Made by a program: the position numbers and the translations under genes. This document shows, in pieces, positions 1 through 9,545 of a stretch of DNA of 59,320 nt. The notes under the pieces were generated by a model that had not been told where the DNA came from, ran no database searches, and saw only the letters and a list, made by a program, of their open reading frames with translations. The DNA is from Acutalibacteraceae bacterium. GTDB taxonomy: Bacteria > Bacillota > Clostridia > Oscillospirales > Acutalibacteraceae. The first letter of the stretch is position 1, and every line of letters starts with the position of its first letter. The DNA is taken from NCBI GenBank assembly GCA_045587065.1, contig JAZNBQ010000044.1, forward strand, positions 1 through 59,320, given 5' to 3'.

Positions 1-39
1 AAAAAAGAGAGCCAAGCCCTAAAGGGCTTACCTCTCTTT
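1..39 (-). terminator. Rho-independent terminator downstream of tRNA-Leu(CAA)
   Basis: Hairpin GAGAG..AAGCCC-taaa-GGGCTT..CTCTC (about 7-36) flanked by an A-run and a T-run. On the minus strand it follows the tRNA 3' end directly and is followed by TTTTTT. Confidence 0.6.
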
Positions 40-126
40 TGGTGCCGGTGGTGGGACTCGAACCCACACGATGTTGCCACCAACGGATTTTGAGTCCGTC
101 ACGTCTGCCAATTCCATCACACCGGC
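40..126 (-). tRNA. tRNA-Leu (anticodon CAA), class II with long variable arm, CCA encoded
   Basis: The reverse complement reads GCCGGTG...GGACTCAAAATCC...GGTTCGAGTCCCACCACCGGCACCA. It has a 7-bp acceptor stem, a T-loop GGTTCGAGTCC and the anticodon loop CT-CAA-AA. Confidence 0.93.
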
Positions 127-226
127 GAAGTACTTAATAATTATAATAAAAGTTATTCTAAAAATCAAGTCTTTTGTTGACATTTTACTTCTTAGTGTTA
201 TACTGAAAGCAGAAAACGGCAAGGAG

Positions 227-1243
227 ATGTTGACAGTGGAAAAACTAACCGACAATATAGTTGAACTTAATCGCGATATGGAACCTTATATTGTTCAGGG
301 AACTGCATCCCGACCATGGCTTTTTAAACGCCAATACGAAGAAAAATTCAAGCCTATTCAGTTTGTTCATTTTTCAGACGTTCACAATGTGCTTGATTTG
401 TGGAACAGAACGGTTGAGTACATTAACTATTACAGCGAGTACATAAGTTTTGCTCTGCATACAGGAGATGCTTGCGGAGATTATCAGGAACTTTACACAG
501 ACTTTTATAACGAGGGAACAAAATGTGTGCGCCCAATTTACCCTTGCATAGGAAATCACGATACCGTTACTACTGAAAAGCATCTTCCTGCTTCAAAGGA
601 ATCCATATACAACCTTTTCTTCGCACCTGCAGGGGAAGAAGCTTTGGACGGAATCTTTATGGAGGGAGATTTCTCCACCACATACTATAAAGATTTTCCT
701 GAATCAAATTTAAGACTTATAGTTTTAGACCTATACAACGACATTAAACTTCAATGCGATTGGCTCAAAAAGGTTCTTGACGACGCAAAAGAAAAAGGCC
801 TTTGCGTTATTACATCTATGCACGAGCCAACCGATAAAATCCATAATACTTTTGATGTGACTTTCCATTCAAGAAATGATTATTCCGTTATTCAAGGTGT
901 TGCTAAACAAAAAGAGTTTGAGCCTGTTATTGCAGACTTCATAAAACAAGGCGGTATACACATCTGCAACCTTGCAGGTAATGAGCATCATGACCTTTTT
1001 GGGTTAACTGATGCAGGAATTTTAAACGTTGTTGTTCAGGCGGCAACTACCTGGGACGGCTTTACCGACGGCAAGAGAATAAAGGGAACTCGCACCTACG
1101 ACTGCTTTAACGTTGTTAGCGTAGATGCAAACGTTGGTCTTTTAAAAATTGCTCGAATCGGCAACAATATAGACCACTATTTCCGTAGCCAACGTTCTTT
1201 GTGTTACGATTACATAAATAAAAAAGTTATACACAACGATTAG
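227..1243 (+). CDS. Calcineurin-like metallophosphoesterase
   Basis: ORF 71-1243 was trimmed past the tRNA overlap to ATG 227; an in-frame GTG at 236 has better spacing to AAGGAG at 221-226. Motifs seen: FVHFSDVHN, HTGDACGD, GNHD. Confidence 0.8.
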   Translation: MLTVEKLTDNIVELNRDMEPYIVQGTASRPWLFKRQYEEKFKPIQFVHFSDVHNVLDLWNRTVEYINYYSEYISFALHTGDACGDYQELYTDFYNEGTKCVRPIYPCIGNHDTVTTEKHLPASKESIYNLFFAPAGEEALDGIFMEGDFSTTYYKDFPESNLRLIVLDLYNDIKLQCDWLKKVLDDAKEKGLCVITSMHEPTDKIHNTFDVTFHSRNDYSVIQGVAKQKEFEPVIADFIKQGGIHICNLAGNEHHDLFGLTDAGILNVVVQAATTWDGFTDGKRIKGTRTYDCFNVVSVDANVGLLKIARIGNNIDHYFRSQRSLCYDYINKKVIHND

Positions 1244-1249
1244 AAAAGA

Positions 1250-1282
1250 AAAACCCGAGAACTGTGAGTTCCCGGGTTTTTT
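1250..1282 (+). terminator. Rho-independent terminator
   Basis: AACCCGAGAACT-gtg-AGTTCCCGGGTT hairpin followed by TTTTTT, immediately after the stop at 1243. Confidence 0.75.
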
Positions 1283-1375
1283 GGTGCGAGTGTTTATAAC
1301 CAACCATAAGCGACGAGGAGAAAATTATAAAAAAGAAGAACCTCAGCACGCGAATTGCGTGTCGAGGCTCTCGAC

Positions 1376-1462
1376 TGGTGCGGATAACAGGAATCGAACC
1401 TGCATGAAGTTGCCTTCACTAGAACCTGAATCTAGCGCGTCTGCCAGTTCCGCCATATCCGC
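1376..1462 (-). tRNA. tRNA-Leu (anticodon CAG), class II, CCA encoded
   Basis: The reverse complement reads GCGGATATGGCGGAACTGGCAGACGCGCTAGATTCAGGTTCTAG...GGTTCGATTCCTGTTATCCGCACCA. It has a 7-bp acceptor stem, anticodon loop TT-CAG-GT and a long variable arm. Confidence 0.93.
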
Positions 1463-1490
1463 ATATTAGTTTTCTTTAAGTGGTAAAATA

Positions 1491-1519
1491 AGCATACCCT
1501 TTTTAAAGAGATTTGTCAA
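1491..1519 (-). promoter_or_regulatory. Putative sigma-A promoter for tRNA-Leu(CAG)
   Basis: The minus strand reads TTGACA (1519-1514), a 17-nt spacer, then TATGCT (1496-1491), about 30 nt upstream of the tRNA 5' end. Confidence 0.4.
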
Positions 1520-1526
1520 GTAAAAG

Positions 1527-1556
1527 ACAAAAAAGCCCCATTAAAAGGGGCTTTTC
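1527..1556 (-). terminator. Terminator after the ceramidase-like gene (bidirectional hairpin)
   Basis: AGCCCC-attaaaa-GGGGCT hairpin flanked by an A-run and a T-run, directly downstream (minus strand) of the stop at 1558. Confidence 0.6.
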
Positions 1557-1557
1557 A

Positions 1558-2886
1558 TTATTTGTTTTCTTTGTAGAGAGTGTCAAGAACTTCGGTTGCG
1601 CCGTTAATAAGTATCTCGTCAGTGCCTTTTTTATATATTGCGGTAACTACTTCGTATCCGCCTTCGTCAAAAGCAGAAGAGGCGGGAAAATAACCCTCGT
1701 AACCGTTAGTGCAGCAAGAAGCAAAGGTCAGATCAAATTTTGAGGCAGCTTTACTGCGTATGCCAATTTCGGTAAATGGCTCCCCTGGGAATCCCACAAT
1801 AGCAAAATTTCCAATAGAAAGACCGCTAATATAAAGTTTGCTAGTATCAGGAAAGGAAGAAAGCTTTATTTTGTTGTTTGCTTCGTAAATGGTGGAAGCC
1901 GGAGCATAACCTTTGTTTTTTACGCATTCTTGTATTCTTTCTTCGGTCCAATATGCGGCAGTTTCCTTAGCTTTTTCCAACTCATCTGGAGTTTCTGCCT
2001 TGTTGTATGCAACTTCCACATATTTATTGTAGGTGCAAACAGGAACGTCTTTTATTTTTTTGGCCGTTGCACGAAGCCCCATGGCCACACCGGCAATTAC
2101 TCTGCCCATATGCTCTGCCATTTCGTAACGTTCAGGGTATCCTTCGTGAGCGTGCACATTAAAATGATTGGTATCGCCCTGCGGACCGTTTATGTACATA
2201 CAAAGAGAGTTTTCAACGGCAGCCTCATAGGTTTTGCGAACAAAGTGAGGGTAATCTGCAGAGTATTTTTCGCCCCACACAACGTCAGGATGCACCTGAA
2301 AATTGATAAGAGCAATTTCCGGAGCATTTTCGCGTTTAAAATTAACCAAGGCAACTCTTTTGTCCGCTTGACCCAGAGGATGGTCAATGTTTGGATTGTT
2401 TATGCCGGGGTTGGTTTTTACAGAACCGTCTTTCATTCTAAATCTACGAATAAAAGATATGTCAACAGGGGTATCGGCAGAATTTACGTACATTTGCGCA
2501 GGTTTTAAATCATCAATCGCCATTTTTGCAAGGCCAACAAGTTTGGCAAAAATAGATTCTGCGACTTTTTCATTCCAAGATTTTCTGTTTTTTGCGACGC
2601 CGGGGCCCTGGTGGGTGTGGGTGCAGGCAATGTAAACTGCATCCCGTGAAACGCCGATCTCTTTTTCAATGTTTTCTTTTATCTCCATGGCGCTTTCTTG
2701 ATTTATGCCAAGAAAGTCAAGACTAAAAATAACTGCAGTGGTGTCTCCGTCGCTTACTGCAACGGCGGTGGCAAGAATTGGGTCTAAAATACCTTCTGCA
2801 ATTCGCACGTTGGGGTAACCGGCAAAGTCTAGTCCGATCTGCGGAGTAACATCTATTCGAGCAAAACCTGCTTTTAGTTCTTTCAT
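1558..2886 (-). CDS. Neutral/alkaline ceramidase-like hydrolase family protein
   Basis: ATG 2886 is preceded by AAGGAGGA. The N-terminal AGFARIDVTP...FAGYP and ACTHTHQGPG resemble the non-lysosomal ceramidase N-terminal domain family. The longer ORF start at 2955 lacks an RBS. Confidence 0.65.
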   Translation of the reverse strand: MKELKAGFARIDVTPQIGLDFAGYPNVRIAEGILDPILATAVAVSDGDTTAVIFSLDFLGINQESAMEIKENIEKEIGVSRDAVYIACTHTHQGPGVAKNRKSWNEKVAESIFAKLVGLAKMAIDDLKPAQMYVNSADTPVDISFIRRFRMKDGSVKTNPGINNPNIDHPLGQADKRVALVNFKRENAPEIALINFQVHPDVVWGEKYSADYPHFVRKTYEAAVENSLCMYINGPQGDTNHFNVHAHEGYPERYEMAEHMGRVIAGVAMGLRATAKKIKDVPVCTYNKYVEVAYNKAETPDELEKAKETAAYWTEERIQECVKNKGYAPASTIYEANNKIKLSSFPDTSKLYISGLSIGNFAIVGFPGEPFTEIGIRSKAASKFDLTFASCCTNGYEGYFPASSAFDEGGYEVVTAIYKKGTDEILINGATEVLDTLYKENK

Positions 2887-3013
2887 ATGAATCCTCCTTA
2901 AAACAAAAAAATTACTGTTGACAGACATTATAGCAACTAAGAGAAAAAAAGTCAATAGTTTTCGGGGTTAAGTATTTAAAATTTTGCATAGTAATTTAAA
3001 AGGGGTGAAAGCT

Positions 3014-4528
3014 TTGAGAAAATCCAAGGTGATATTCATAAAAAACGCCATAATTTTAACCCTTACAGGCCTTTGCATTCGTTTTATAGGGGTCTTTTTT
3101 AAGGTGTGGTTAGCGGCGGCGGTGGGTGCCGAGGGAATTGGCCTTTACAGTCAGGTTTTTTCGGTTTACGTACTGGTTTCCACCTTTGCCACCTCAGGCC
3201 TTGGAATAGCCGTAACGCGACTTGTTTCCGACGAGATTGTTTTAGGTTCTAGAAAGGGTGTTGAAAAGATATTGCGACGGTGTATTGCCGCAAGTCTTTT
3301 TGTGGCTTTTGTTTCGGCGGCGGTGGTGTTTTTTGGAGCAGATTTTATAGCTACTGCTCTTATTTTGGACTCTCGCGCCGCTCCGTCCTTAAAGATTCTG
3401 TCTTTTTCTCTTCCCTTTATGGCGGTATCGGCCTGTGTTAAGGGATATTTTATCGCCCGAAAGAAAACGGCGCCCTCTTCCTCGGCGCAGATAATAGAAC
3501 AGATAATCAGAATAGCAATTATAGTTTTTCTTATAAAATCAAGGGCGGACAAAGGCCTTGCCCAGACCTGCAAGGCGGTGCTTTTGGGAGACGCCATAGC
3601 CGAGATTTGCTCTTGCTTTTACGTGTATTTGCTCTATCTTTTTGACCGAAAAAAATTAGATGGTTTGACCGGCAGAAAACGTCCTGATTTCAGCATTTTA
3701 AGAAAGCTTGGACATATCGCGTTGCCTATTGCGTCAGGTCGATATTTAAACTCGCTTTTAAGGACGACGGAAAATATTTTAGTGCCTAGAAATCTGAAAA
3801 AATCAGGTCTTAACTCTACCGACGCTCTATCTAAATTCGGTATGATAAAAGGAATGGTTTTGCCTCTTGTGTTTTTTCCTGCATCCTTTCTTAATGCTTT
3901 GGCAACTCTTCTTATACCGGAAATGAGCGAGGCTGCCGCCTCAGGCAAGGAGTATAAGATAAAATATGCGGTGGAAAAGTGCATACATATTACGCTTATT
4001 TTTTCTATTCCTTTTGCCCCTCTTTTCTTTTTTTCTTCTTCTCAACTGGGGGTTACGGTTTACGGTGACGTACAGGTTGGAAACATGATTAAAGCACTTG
4101 CTCCCATTGTTCCTTTAATGTATCTTGACTCTATTTCAGACGGACTTTTAAAGGGGCTTGACCAACAGGTTACAACCTTTAGAAATTCTATTTTTGATTC
4201 GTTGGGAAGACTTATTTTAATATTGGCAATTTTGCCTTTCTCAGGCCTTAGAGGTTTTATTTTTGTTATGTATATCAGCAACATTTACACCTGTTTTGCC
4301 AATCTATACAGGCTGATTAAGGTTTCAAAAGCCAAAATAAAGCCTTTTAAATGGGCTGTTTTACCGCTGATTTCTTCGGGAGTTTTTGCATATTTTATTA
4401 ATGGAATTTTAAGCTTTTTCAGTCTGCCTGATATTGTTTTTATAGCCTTAATGTGCATTTTTGTCCTCTTTTTTTATGCCGCTTTTTGTTTCTCAACTCG
4501 TTGTGTTTCTGCACAAGATTTCAGATGA
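3014..4528 (+). CDS. SpoVB-like MOP-superfamily flippase (polysaccharide/peptidoglycan-precursor translocase)
   Basis: Multi-pass membrane protein. The N-terminus IKNAIILTLTGLCIRFIGVFFKVWLAAAVGAEGIGLY is typical of SpoVB/MurJ/Wzx flippases. Start is TTG 3014 (or GTG 3005) after AAAGGGG. Confidence 0.7.
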   Translation: MRKSKVIFIKNAIILTLTGLCIRFIGVFFKVWLAAAVGAEGIGLYSQVFSVYVLVSTFATSGLGIAVTRLVSDEIVLGSRKGVEKILRRCIAASLFVAFVSAAVVFFGADFIATALILDSRAAPSLKILSFSLPFMAVSACVKGYFIARKKTAPSSSAQIIEQIIRIAIIVFLIKSRADKGLAQTCKAVLLGDAIAEICSCFYVYLLYLFDRKKLDGLTGRKRPDFSILRKLGHIALPIASGRYLNSLLRTTENILVPRNLKKSGLNSTDALSKFGMIKGMVLPLVFFPASFLNALATLLIPEMSEAAASGKEYKIKYAVEKCIHITLIFSIPFAPLFFFSSSQLGVTVYGDVQVGNMIKALAPIVPLMYLDSISDGLLKGLDQQVTTFRNSIFDSLGRLILILAILPFSGLRGFIFVMYISNIYTCFANLYRLIKVSKAKIKPFKWAVLPLISSGVFAYFINGILSFFSLPDIVFIALMCIFVLFFYAAFCFSTRCVSAQDFR

Positions 4529-4549
4529 AAGTTGCTATATTTATATACA

Positions 4550-4578
4550 TTGACAACAAAATATAGCTATGATATAAT
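4550..4578 (+). promoter_or_regulatory. Consensus sigma-A promoter of the polysaccharide locus
   Basis: TTGACA (4550-4555), exactly 17 nt, then TATAAT (4573-4578), in an AT-rich gap. It is followed by a ~140-nt leader before ATG 4719. Confidence 0.75.
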
Positions 4579-4718
4579 AAATTGAATATATATATGTAAA
4601 AAATGGGGTAAAATTGTTTAAAATGTCGAAAAAAATCGGCTTTTAGACGATGTTTTCCTCGCACCCTTAATCAGATAAACCGGAATCCCCAATATTGAAG
4701 ATTTTTGTGAGGTAAGGT

Positions 4719-5360
4719 ATGTACAAGAAGTTCTTGAAAAGGTTGTTTGACATTCTGCTATCGGTTATCGGTTTAACTCTTTGCATTGTGCCTATGGCGA
4801 TAATTGCTCTTGCAGTTAAACTTGATTCTCCGGGTACTGTTCTTTTCAAACAGAAACGAATCGGCTACAAAGGAAAAGTTTTTGAAATGTGGAAGTTCAG
4901 GACAATGTGTGTCGGTGCAGAGCAGATGGGAAGCGGAGTATATTCAGAAAAAGGCGATCCACGTGTTACTCGCATAGGAAAGATCCTGCGTATGACAAGT
5001 CTAGATGAGCTGCCTCAGTTTTTTAATACTTTAACCGGAAAAACAAGCTTTATTGGACCGCGAGCACCTCTTACATACCATCCTTGGCCTTACGAAGAGT
5101 ACACCGAGGAACAAAAGCATATGTTTGACGTTCGTCCGGGAATTACCGGATGGGCTCAGGTAAACGGCAGAAAGATGGTAGAATGGAACAGGCGAATTGA
5201 ACTAAACAACTGGTACGTTGACAACCTGTCTTTGTGGTTGGATTTGAAAATTTTATTCCTCACGGTTGGCAAGGTTCTTTCAAGCAAGGACAACGAAAAC
5301 CAAGGAGCTACCGTAGTAACGACAGGTGTTGAAAAAGAGAAAGAGGCGGTGAAAAACTAA
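4719..5360 (+). CDS. Initiating phosphoglycosyl transferase (small bacterial sugar transferase, PglC/WbaP C-terminal type)
   Basis: 213 aa with one N-terminal hydrophobic helix. Motifs seen: KQKRIGYKGKVFEMWKFRTM, DELPQFFN, GPRAPL, RPGITGWAQVNGR. RBS is GAGGTAAGG. Confidence 0.9.
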   Translation: MYKKFLKRLFDILLSVIGLTLCIVPMAIIALAVKLDSPGTVLFKQKRIGYKGKVFEMWKFRTMCVGAEQMGSGVYSEKGDPRVTRIGKILRMTSLDELPQFFNTLTGKTSFIGPRAPLTYHPWPYEEYTEEQKHMFDVRPGITGWAQVNGRKMVEWNRRIELNNWYVDNLSLWLDLKILFLTVGKVLSSKDNENQGATVVTTGVEKEKEAVKN

Positions 5361-6200
5361 ATGGCATTAAAACTTATGTACATAACAAACAATCCTGACG
5401 TTGCTTTGATTGCTGAAAAGGCCGGAGTAGACAGAATCTTTATTGATTTGGAACATGTCGGCAAGGGTTTTCGTCAGGGTGGTATGGATACTGTACAGAA
5501 TCACCACACGTCTCGCGATGTTAGAAAAATAAAAAAAGTGTTGACAAAATCAAAGGTTATGGTGCGTGTTAACCCAATTCATGATATAAACATCGAAAAG
5601 AAATACAAGGGTACCGAGCTTGAAGTTGCCTCGGTAATTCGTGCAGGTGCAGATATAGTTATGTTGCCATATTTTAAAACTGCTGATGAAGTTCGCCGTT
5701 TTATAAAGGCTGTAAAAGGCAAAGCAAAAACACTGCTCCTTTTTGAAACACCTGAAGCAATTAAGAACATTGATGAAATTCTTGAAATTGAAGGAATTGA
5801 CGAGGTGTTTATCGGACTTAACGACTTAAGTCTGGGTTACGGACAGAAGTTTATGTTTAAACCTTTGGCTGACGGAACTGTAGATAAAATTATTGAAAAG
5901 TTTAAAGCCAAAAAATTACCTTACGGTTTTGGAGGCGTTGCCTCCCTTGGCCGTGGCGCGTTACCGGGAGAAAAGGTTATTGCTGAACACTACCGTTTAG
6001 GCTCAACCTGTGTAATTCTTTCCCGTAGTTTTTGCAATACGAGTTTGATTGATAATATAGACGTCATCAATATGACTTTTAAAAACGGTATTAAAGAAAT
6101 CAGAGAATTTGAAAGATACTGCCAAAAACAAGATGAGGATTTCTTTAAAAGCAACAGAAGGTCTGTTAAGAAAATTGTAGATAAAATTTGTCAAGGATAA
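5361..6200 (+). CDS. HpcH/HpaI aldolase / citrate lyase beta-like TIM-barrel family protein
   Basis: 279 aa. The start abuts the previous stop. Pattern seen: IFIDLEH...VRVNP...GADIVMLPYF...ETPEAIKNIDEIL...GIDEVFIGLNDLS, typical of the HpcH/PEP-utilizer-like barrel. Confidence 0.6.
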   Translation: MALKLMYITNNPDVALIAEKAGVDRIFIDLEHVGKGFRQGGMDTVQNHHTSRDVRKIKKVLTKSKVMVRVNPIHDINIEKKYKGTELEVASVIRAGADIVMLPYFKTADEVRRFIKAVKGKAKTLLLFETPEAIKNIDEILEIEGIDEVFIGLNDLSLGYGQKFMFKPLADGTVDKIIEKFKAKKLPYGFGGVASLGRGALPGEKVIAEHYRLGSTCVILSRSFCNTSLIDNIDVINMTFKNGIKEIREFERYCQKQDEDFFKSNRRSVKKIVDKICQG

Positions 6201-6203
6201 ATT

Positions 6204-7106
6204 ATGAACTTACTTATTACAGGTGCATTTAGTTGCACAGAGCAACAGCTTGATAGTATAAAAGCGCTTGGCCACAATATTGTTTTCTTGCAACAGGAAA
6301 AAGACCAGCTTCCTTGTGACTATTCTTGGGTAGAAGGTATTATCGGAAATGGTATTTTTCTTTATCACCCTATAGAAAAGTTTTCTTCTCTTAAATTCAT
6401 TCAGCTTACTTCTGCCGGCTTTGACAGAGTGCCAATGGAGTACGTTAGAGAAAAAGGAATAAAAATTTTTAATGCCCGTGGCGTTTATAGCGTACCTATG
6501 GCAGAATATGCCGTGGCAGGAGTATTAAGTCTTTACAAAAAACTGGAGTTTTTCTTTGGCAACCAAAAACAGCACAAGTGGGAAAAACACCGCGGTGTTA
6601 TGGAGCTTTTTGGTAAAACCGTTCTAATAGTTGGAGCAGGAAACGTAGGCAGTGAATGTGCAAAACGTTTTTCTGCCTTTGGATGTAAGGTTTACGGAGC
6701 CGATATAGTTCCTGTAGAAAACGAAAATTTCATAAAAGTCTTTTCCATATCGGAATTGGACACGGCTTTGAAAACCGCAGACGTGGTTGTTTTAACCTTG
6801 CCTTTAACCAAGGAGACAAAAGGCCTTTTTAATAAATCAAAATTCGACCTTATGAAAAAGGGCGCGGTATTTGTAAATATTGCGCGAGGCGCAATTGCAG
6901 ATACAAATGATTTAACTCGCGCCTTAACTAAAAACCTCGGCGGAGCCGTTTTGGACGTTTTCGAAACCGAGCCTTTGGAAGAAAACAGCCTTTTATGGGA
7001 TATGGAAAATGTTATTATAACTCCTCACAACAGCTTTGTGGGAGAGGGAAATAAAAAGAGACTCTTTGACGTGGTAGTTTCTAATATTAAAAATCTAAAG
7101 GGGTAG
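6204..7106 (+). CDS. D-isomer-specific 2-hydroxyacid dehydrogenase (NAD-binding)
   Basis: Rossmann motif GKTVLIVGAGNVGSECAKRF; C-terminal IARGAIAD...LDVFETEP...ITPH catalytic region. Confidence 0.85.
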   Translation: MNLLITGAFSCTEQQLDSIKALGHNIVFLQQEKDQLPCDYSWVEGIIGNGIFLYHPIEKFSSLKFIQLTSAGFDRVPMEYVREKGIKIFNARGVYSVPMAEYAVAGVLSLYKKLEFFFGNQKQHKWEKHRGVMELFGKTVLIVGAGNVGSECAKRFSAFGCKVYGADIVPVENENFIKVFSISELDTALKTADVVVLTLPLTKETKGLFNKSKFDLMKKGAVFVNIARGAIADTNDLTRALTKNLGGAVLDVFETEPLEENSLLWDMENVIITPHNSFVGEGNKKRLFDVVVSNIKNLKG

Positions 7107-7111
7107 ATTAC

Positions 7112-8218
7112 TTGAAATTTATTCTGGTATCTCCTAAAAACCGCACGGCATATAATTTCAGAGGAGATTTGATAAAAAAGATAATCTCTTGCGGTTACCA
7201 GGTTGTTGTAACAGGGCCAAATAGGGACAACGTAGAAAAAATAGAAGAGCTTGGCGCTCGTTTTGTAGAAATTCCCATGAACAAAAACGGCGTTAACCCT
7301 GTTCACGACATAAAATATCTTTTGGCTCTTAAAAAACTTTTTAAAAAAGAAAAGCCTGACGTTACTTTAGGTTACACAAGCAAACCTGTAATTTATGGAT
7401 CTATTGCCGCAAGACTTGCCAAGGTTCCTCATATTGCGGCTATGGTAACAGGTGCAGGGTATGCTTTTACTGCCAAAAGCGTTAAAGCAAAGGCTATAAA
7501 ATTCATTATGTCCTGCCTTTATAAAACAGCTTTTCTTTGTGCGAAGATTGTTATCTTCCAAAATGGTGATGACAAAGAGCAATTTATAAAAGAAAAACTC
7601 GTAAAAGGAAGCAAAACCGTAGTTGTAAACGGCTCAGGAGTTAATACGGAGAAATTTGCCGTTTCCCCATTTCCTGAAAGGACAACCTTTTTTATGCTTT
7701 CTCGCGTTATGTACTCAAAAGGAATTAGGGAGTATCTTAAAGCCTGTGAAATTGTTAAAGAAAAGCACCCTGAAGTCAGATGTATGCTTCTAGGTGCTTG
7801 TGAGGGGATTCAGGATTCTCTTTCCCCAGAAGAGTTAAAAACATATATAGACAGAGGTGTAATCGAGCATTTTGGGGAAACCGATACGGTTGCAGATTAC
7901 TATAAACAGTGTTCGGTATACGTACTGCCTTCTTACAGAGAAGGAACACCACGAACGGTTCTTGAAGCAATGGCTATGGGACGCCCAATAATCACTACCA
8001 ATGCGCCGGGTTGCAGAGAAACGGTAATAGATGGCAAAACCGGATTTTTAGTTCCTGTAAAAGATGCCGAGGCAGTTGCAGAAAAGATGCTTGAGTTTAT
8101 AAATAATCCTGAACTTATTGAAACAATGGGCAAGGAAAGTCTTGCGTATTGTGTAGAAAAATTTGACGTAAACAAAGTAAATAAAGATATGTGTAAATAT
8201 CTGAAAATAAAGGAGTAA
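7112..8218 (+). CDS. Glycosyltransferase family 4 (GT-B, PglA/WbuB-like)
   Basis: TTG start after AAAGGGG. The C-terminal [34 protein letters not shown] matches the E-x7-E GT4 signature. Confidence 0.85.
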   Translation: MKFILVSPKNRTAYNFRGDLIKKIISCGYQVVVTGPNRDNVEKIEELGARFVEIPMNKNGVNPVHDIKYLLALKKLFKKEKPDVTLGYTSKPVIYGSIAARLAKVPHIAAMVTGAGYAFTAKSVKAKAIKFIMSCLYKTAFLCAKIVIFQNGDDKEQFIKEKLVKGSKTVVVNGSGVNTEKFAVSPFPERTTFFMLSRVMYSKGIREYLKACEIVKEKHPEVRCMLLGACEGIQDSLSPEELKTYIDRGVIEHFGETDTVADYYKQCSVYVLPSYREGTPRTVLEAMAMGRPIITTNAPGCRETVIDGKTGFLVPVKDAEAVAEKMLEFINNPELIETMGKESLAYCVEKFDVNKVNKDMCKYLKIKE

Positions 8219-8223
8219 TAAGT

Positions 8224-9543
8224 ATGTCTCTTTATGAAAATATAGTAAACGGCCAAGAAAAAATTTCACTAGTGGGCCTTGGTTACGTAGGTATGCCTAT
8301 TGCGGTGGCTTTTGCCAAAAAGGTAAAGGTTGTAGGTTTTGACCTTAATACCAAGAAAATCGAGCTTTATAAAAGCGGAATCGACCCTACCAACGAGGTT
8401 GGTAATGAGGTGATTAAAAACACCACGGTTGAGTTCACTGCAGACGAAACCAAACTTAGAGAGGCAAAATTCCATATAGTTGCAGTTCCTACACCTGTAA
8501 ACGATGACCATACCCCTGACCTTTCTCCAGTGGAAGGTGCTTCTACTATAGTTGGAAGAAATCTTACAAGGGGAAGTATAGTAGTTTATGAGTCTACTGT
8601 TTATCCCGGTGTTACCGAAGACGTTTGCGTTCCTATTCTTGAAAAAGAGTCGGGTCTTAAATGCGGTGTTGACTTTAAGGTTGGCTATAGTCCGGAAAGA
8701 ATCAACCCCGGCGATAAGGTGCACAGACTTGAAACTATTGTAAAAATTGTTTCCGGTATGGACCAAGAATCCCTTGAAGAAATCGCAAAGGTTTACGAAC
8801 TTGTGGTGGAAGCAGGGGTGCACAGAGCAGAATCTATAAAGGTTGCAGAAGCCGCAAAGGTAATTGAAAACAGTCAGCGTGATATTAACATTGCCTTTAT
8901 GAACGAGCTTTCTATTATCTTTAATAAAATGGGAATTGATACTCAGTCGGTGCTAAAAGCCGCAGGAACAAAGTGGAATTTCCTTAAATTCTTCCCCGGT
9001 CTTGTTGGCGGACACTGTATAGGTGTTGACCCATACTATCTTACATATAAAGCTGAACAACTGGGTTATCATAGTCAAATTATTCTTTCAGGACGTAGAA
9101 TTAACGACGATATGGGCAAATATGTTGCAGAGAGCGTTGTTAAAAATCTTATTAAGGCAGATGTGGCTATTAAGAGCGCAAAGGTTGCAATTTTAGGCTT
9201 TACCTTTAAAGAAAACTGCCCTGATACAAGAAACACAAAGATTATTGATATTTATAACGAACTAAAAGAGTACGGCATTACTGCAACAGTTGCTGACCCT
9301 GCGGCAGACGCCGAGGAAGCAAAATGGCTTTACGGTATGGAGTTTGTAGATACGAAAACTATAAGAGACTGTGATGCTGTAATTCTTGCTGTGGCTCACG
9401 AAGAGTTCAAGACCTTGACTCAGGCAGATTTTGATAAGATGTTCAAGGCAGGAGAGAACAATAAAAAGGTTCTTGCCGATATCAAAGGCCTTTTGGACCG
9501 TAAAGAATATGAGGCCGCAGGCTATAATTACTGGAGATTATAA
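8224..9543 (+). CDS. wbpO: UDP-N-acetyl-D-glucosamine (or -galactosamine) 6-dehydrogenase, TviB/WbpO type
   Basis: N-terminal [18 protein letters not shown] Rossmann motif, catalytic [12 protein letters not shown], 439 aa. Family pattern of Vi/WbpO nucleotide-sugar dehydrogenases. Confidence 0.85.
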   Translation: MSLYENIVNGQEKISLVGLGYVGMPIAVAFAKKVKVVGFDLNTKKIELYKSGIDPTNEVGNEVIKNTTVEFTADETKLREAKFHIVAVPTPVNDDHTPDLSPVEGASTIVGRNLTRGSIVVYESTVYPGVTEDVCVPILEKESGLKCGVDFKVGYSPERINPGDKVHRLETIVKIVSGMDQESLEEIAKVYELVVEAGVHRAESIKVAEAAKVIENSQRDINIAFMNELSIIFNKMGIDTQSVLKAAGTKWNFLKFFPGLVGGHCIGVDPYYLTYKAEQLGYHSQIILSGRRINDDMGKYVAESVVKNLIKADVAIKSAKVAILGFTFKENCPDTRNTKIIDIYNELKEYGITATVADPAADAEEAKWLYGMEFVDTKTIRDCDAVILAVAHEEFKTLTQADFDKMFKAGENNKKVLADIKGLLDRKEYEAAGYNYWRL

Positions 9544-9545
9544 TT

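Noticed and set aside
28-255. Minus-strand 75-aa ORF, and the first 52 codons of the plus-strand ORF that starts at 71.
   Set aside because: Both overlap tRNA-Leu(CAA) at 40-126 and its terminator. The plus ORF was trimmed to the start at 227/236, next to an RBS.
1281-1469. 62-aa plus-strand ORF.
   Set aside because: It lies antisense across tRNA-Leu(CAG) (1376-1462) and has no RBS, so it is an artefact of the tRNA region.
3166-4284. Several 74-143-aa minus-strand ORFs inside the SpoVB-like gene, and comparable antisense ORFs inside most long genes (for example 1930-2508, 8269-8823, 50173-50688, 54995-55459).
   Set aside because: They are fully nested antisense to well-supported coding regions, lack an RBS and have biased low-complexity translations.
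3014-4528. Considered making the SpoVB-like flippase the first gene of the glycan locus.
   Set aside because: A ~190-bp gap containing a consensus promoter separates it from the locus, which has its own Wzx. It is treated as a separate, probably sporulation/peptidoglycan-related, flippase. This is not certain.
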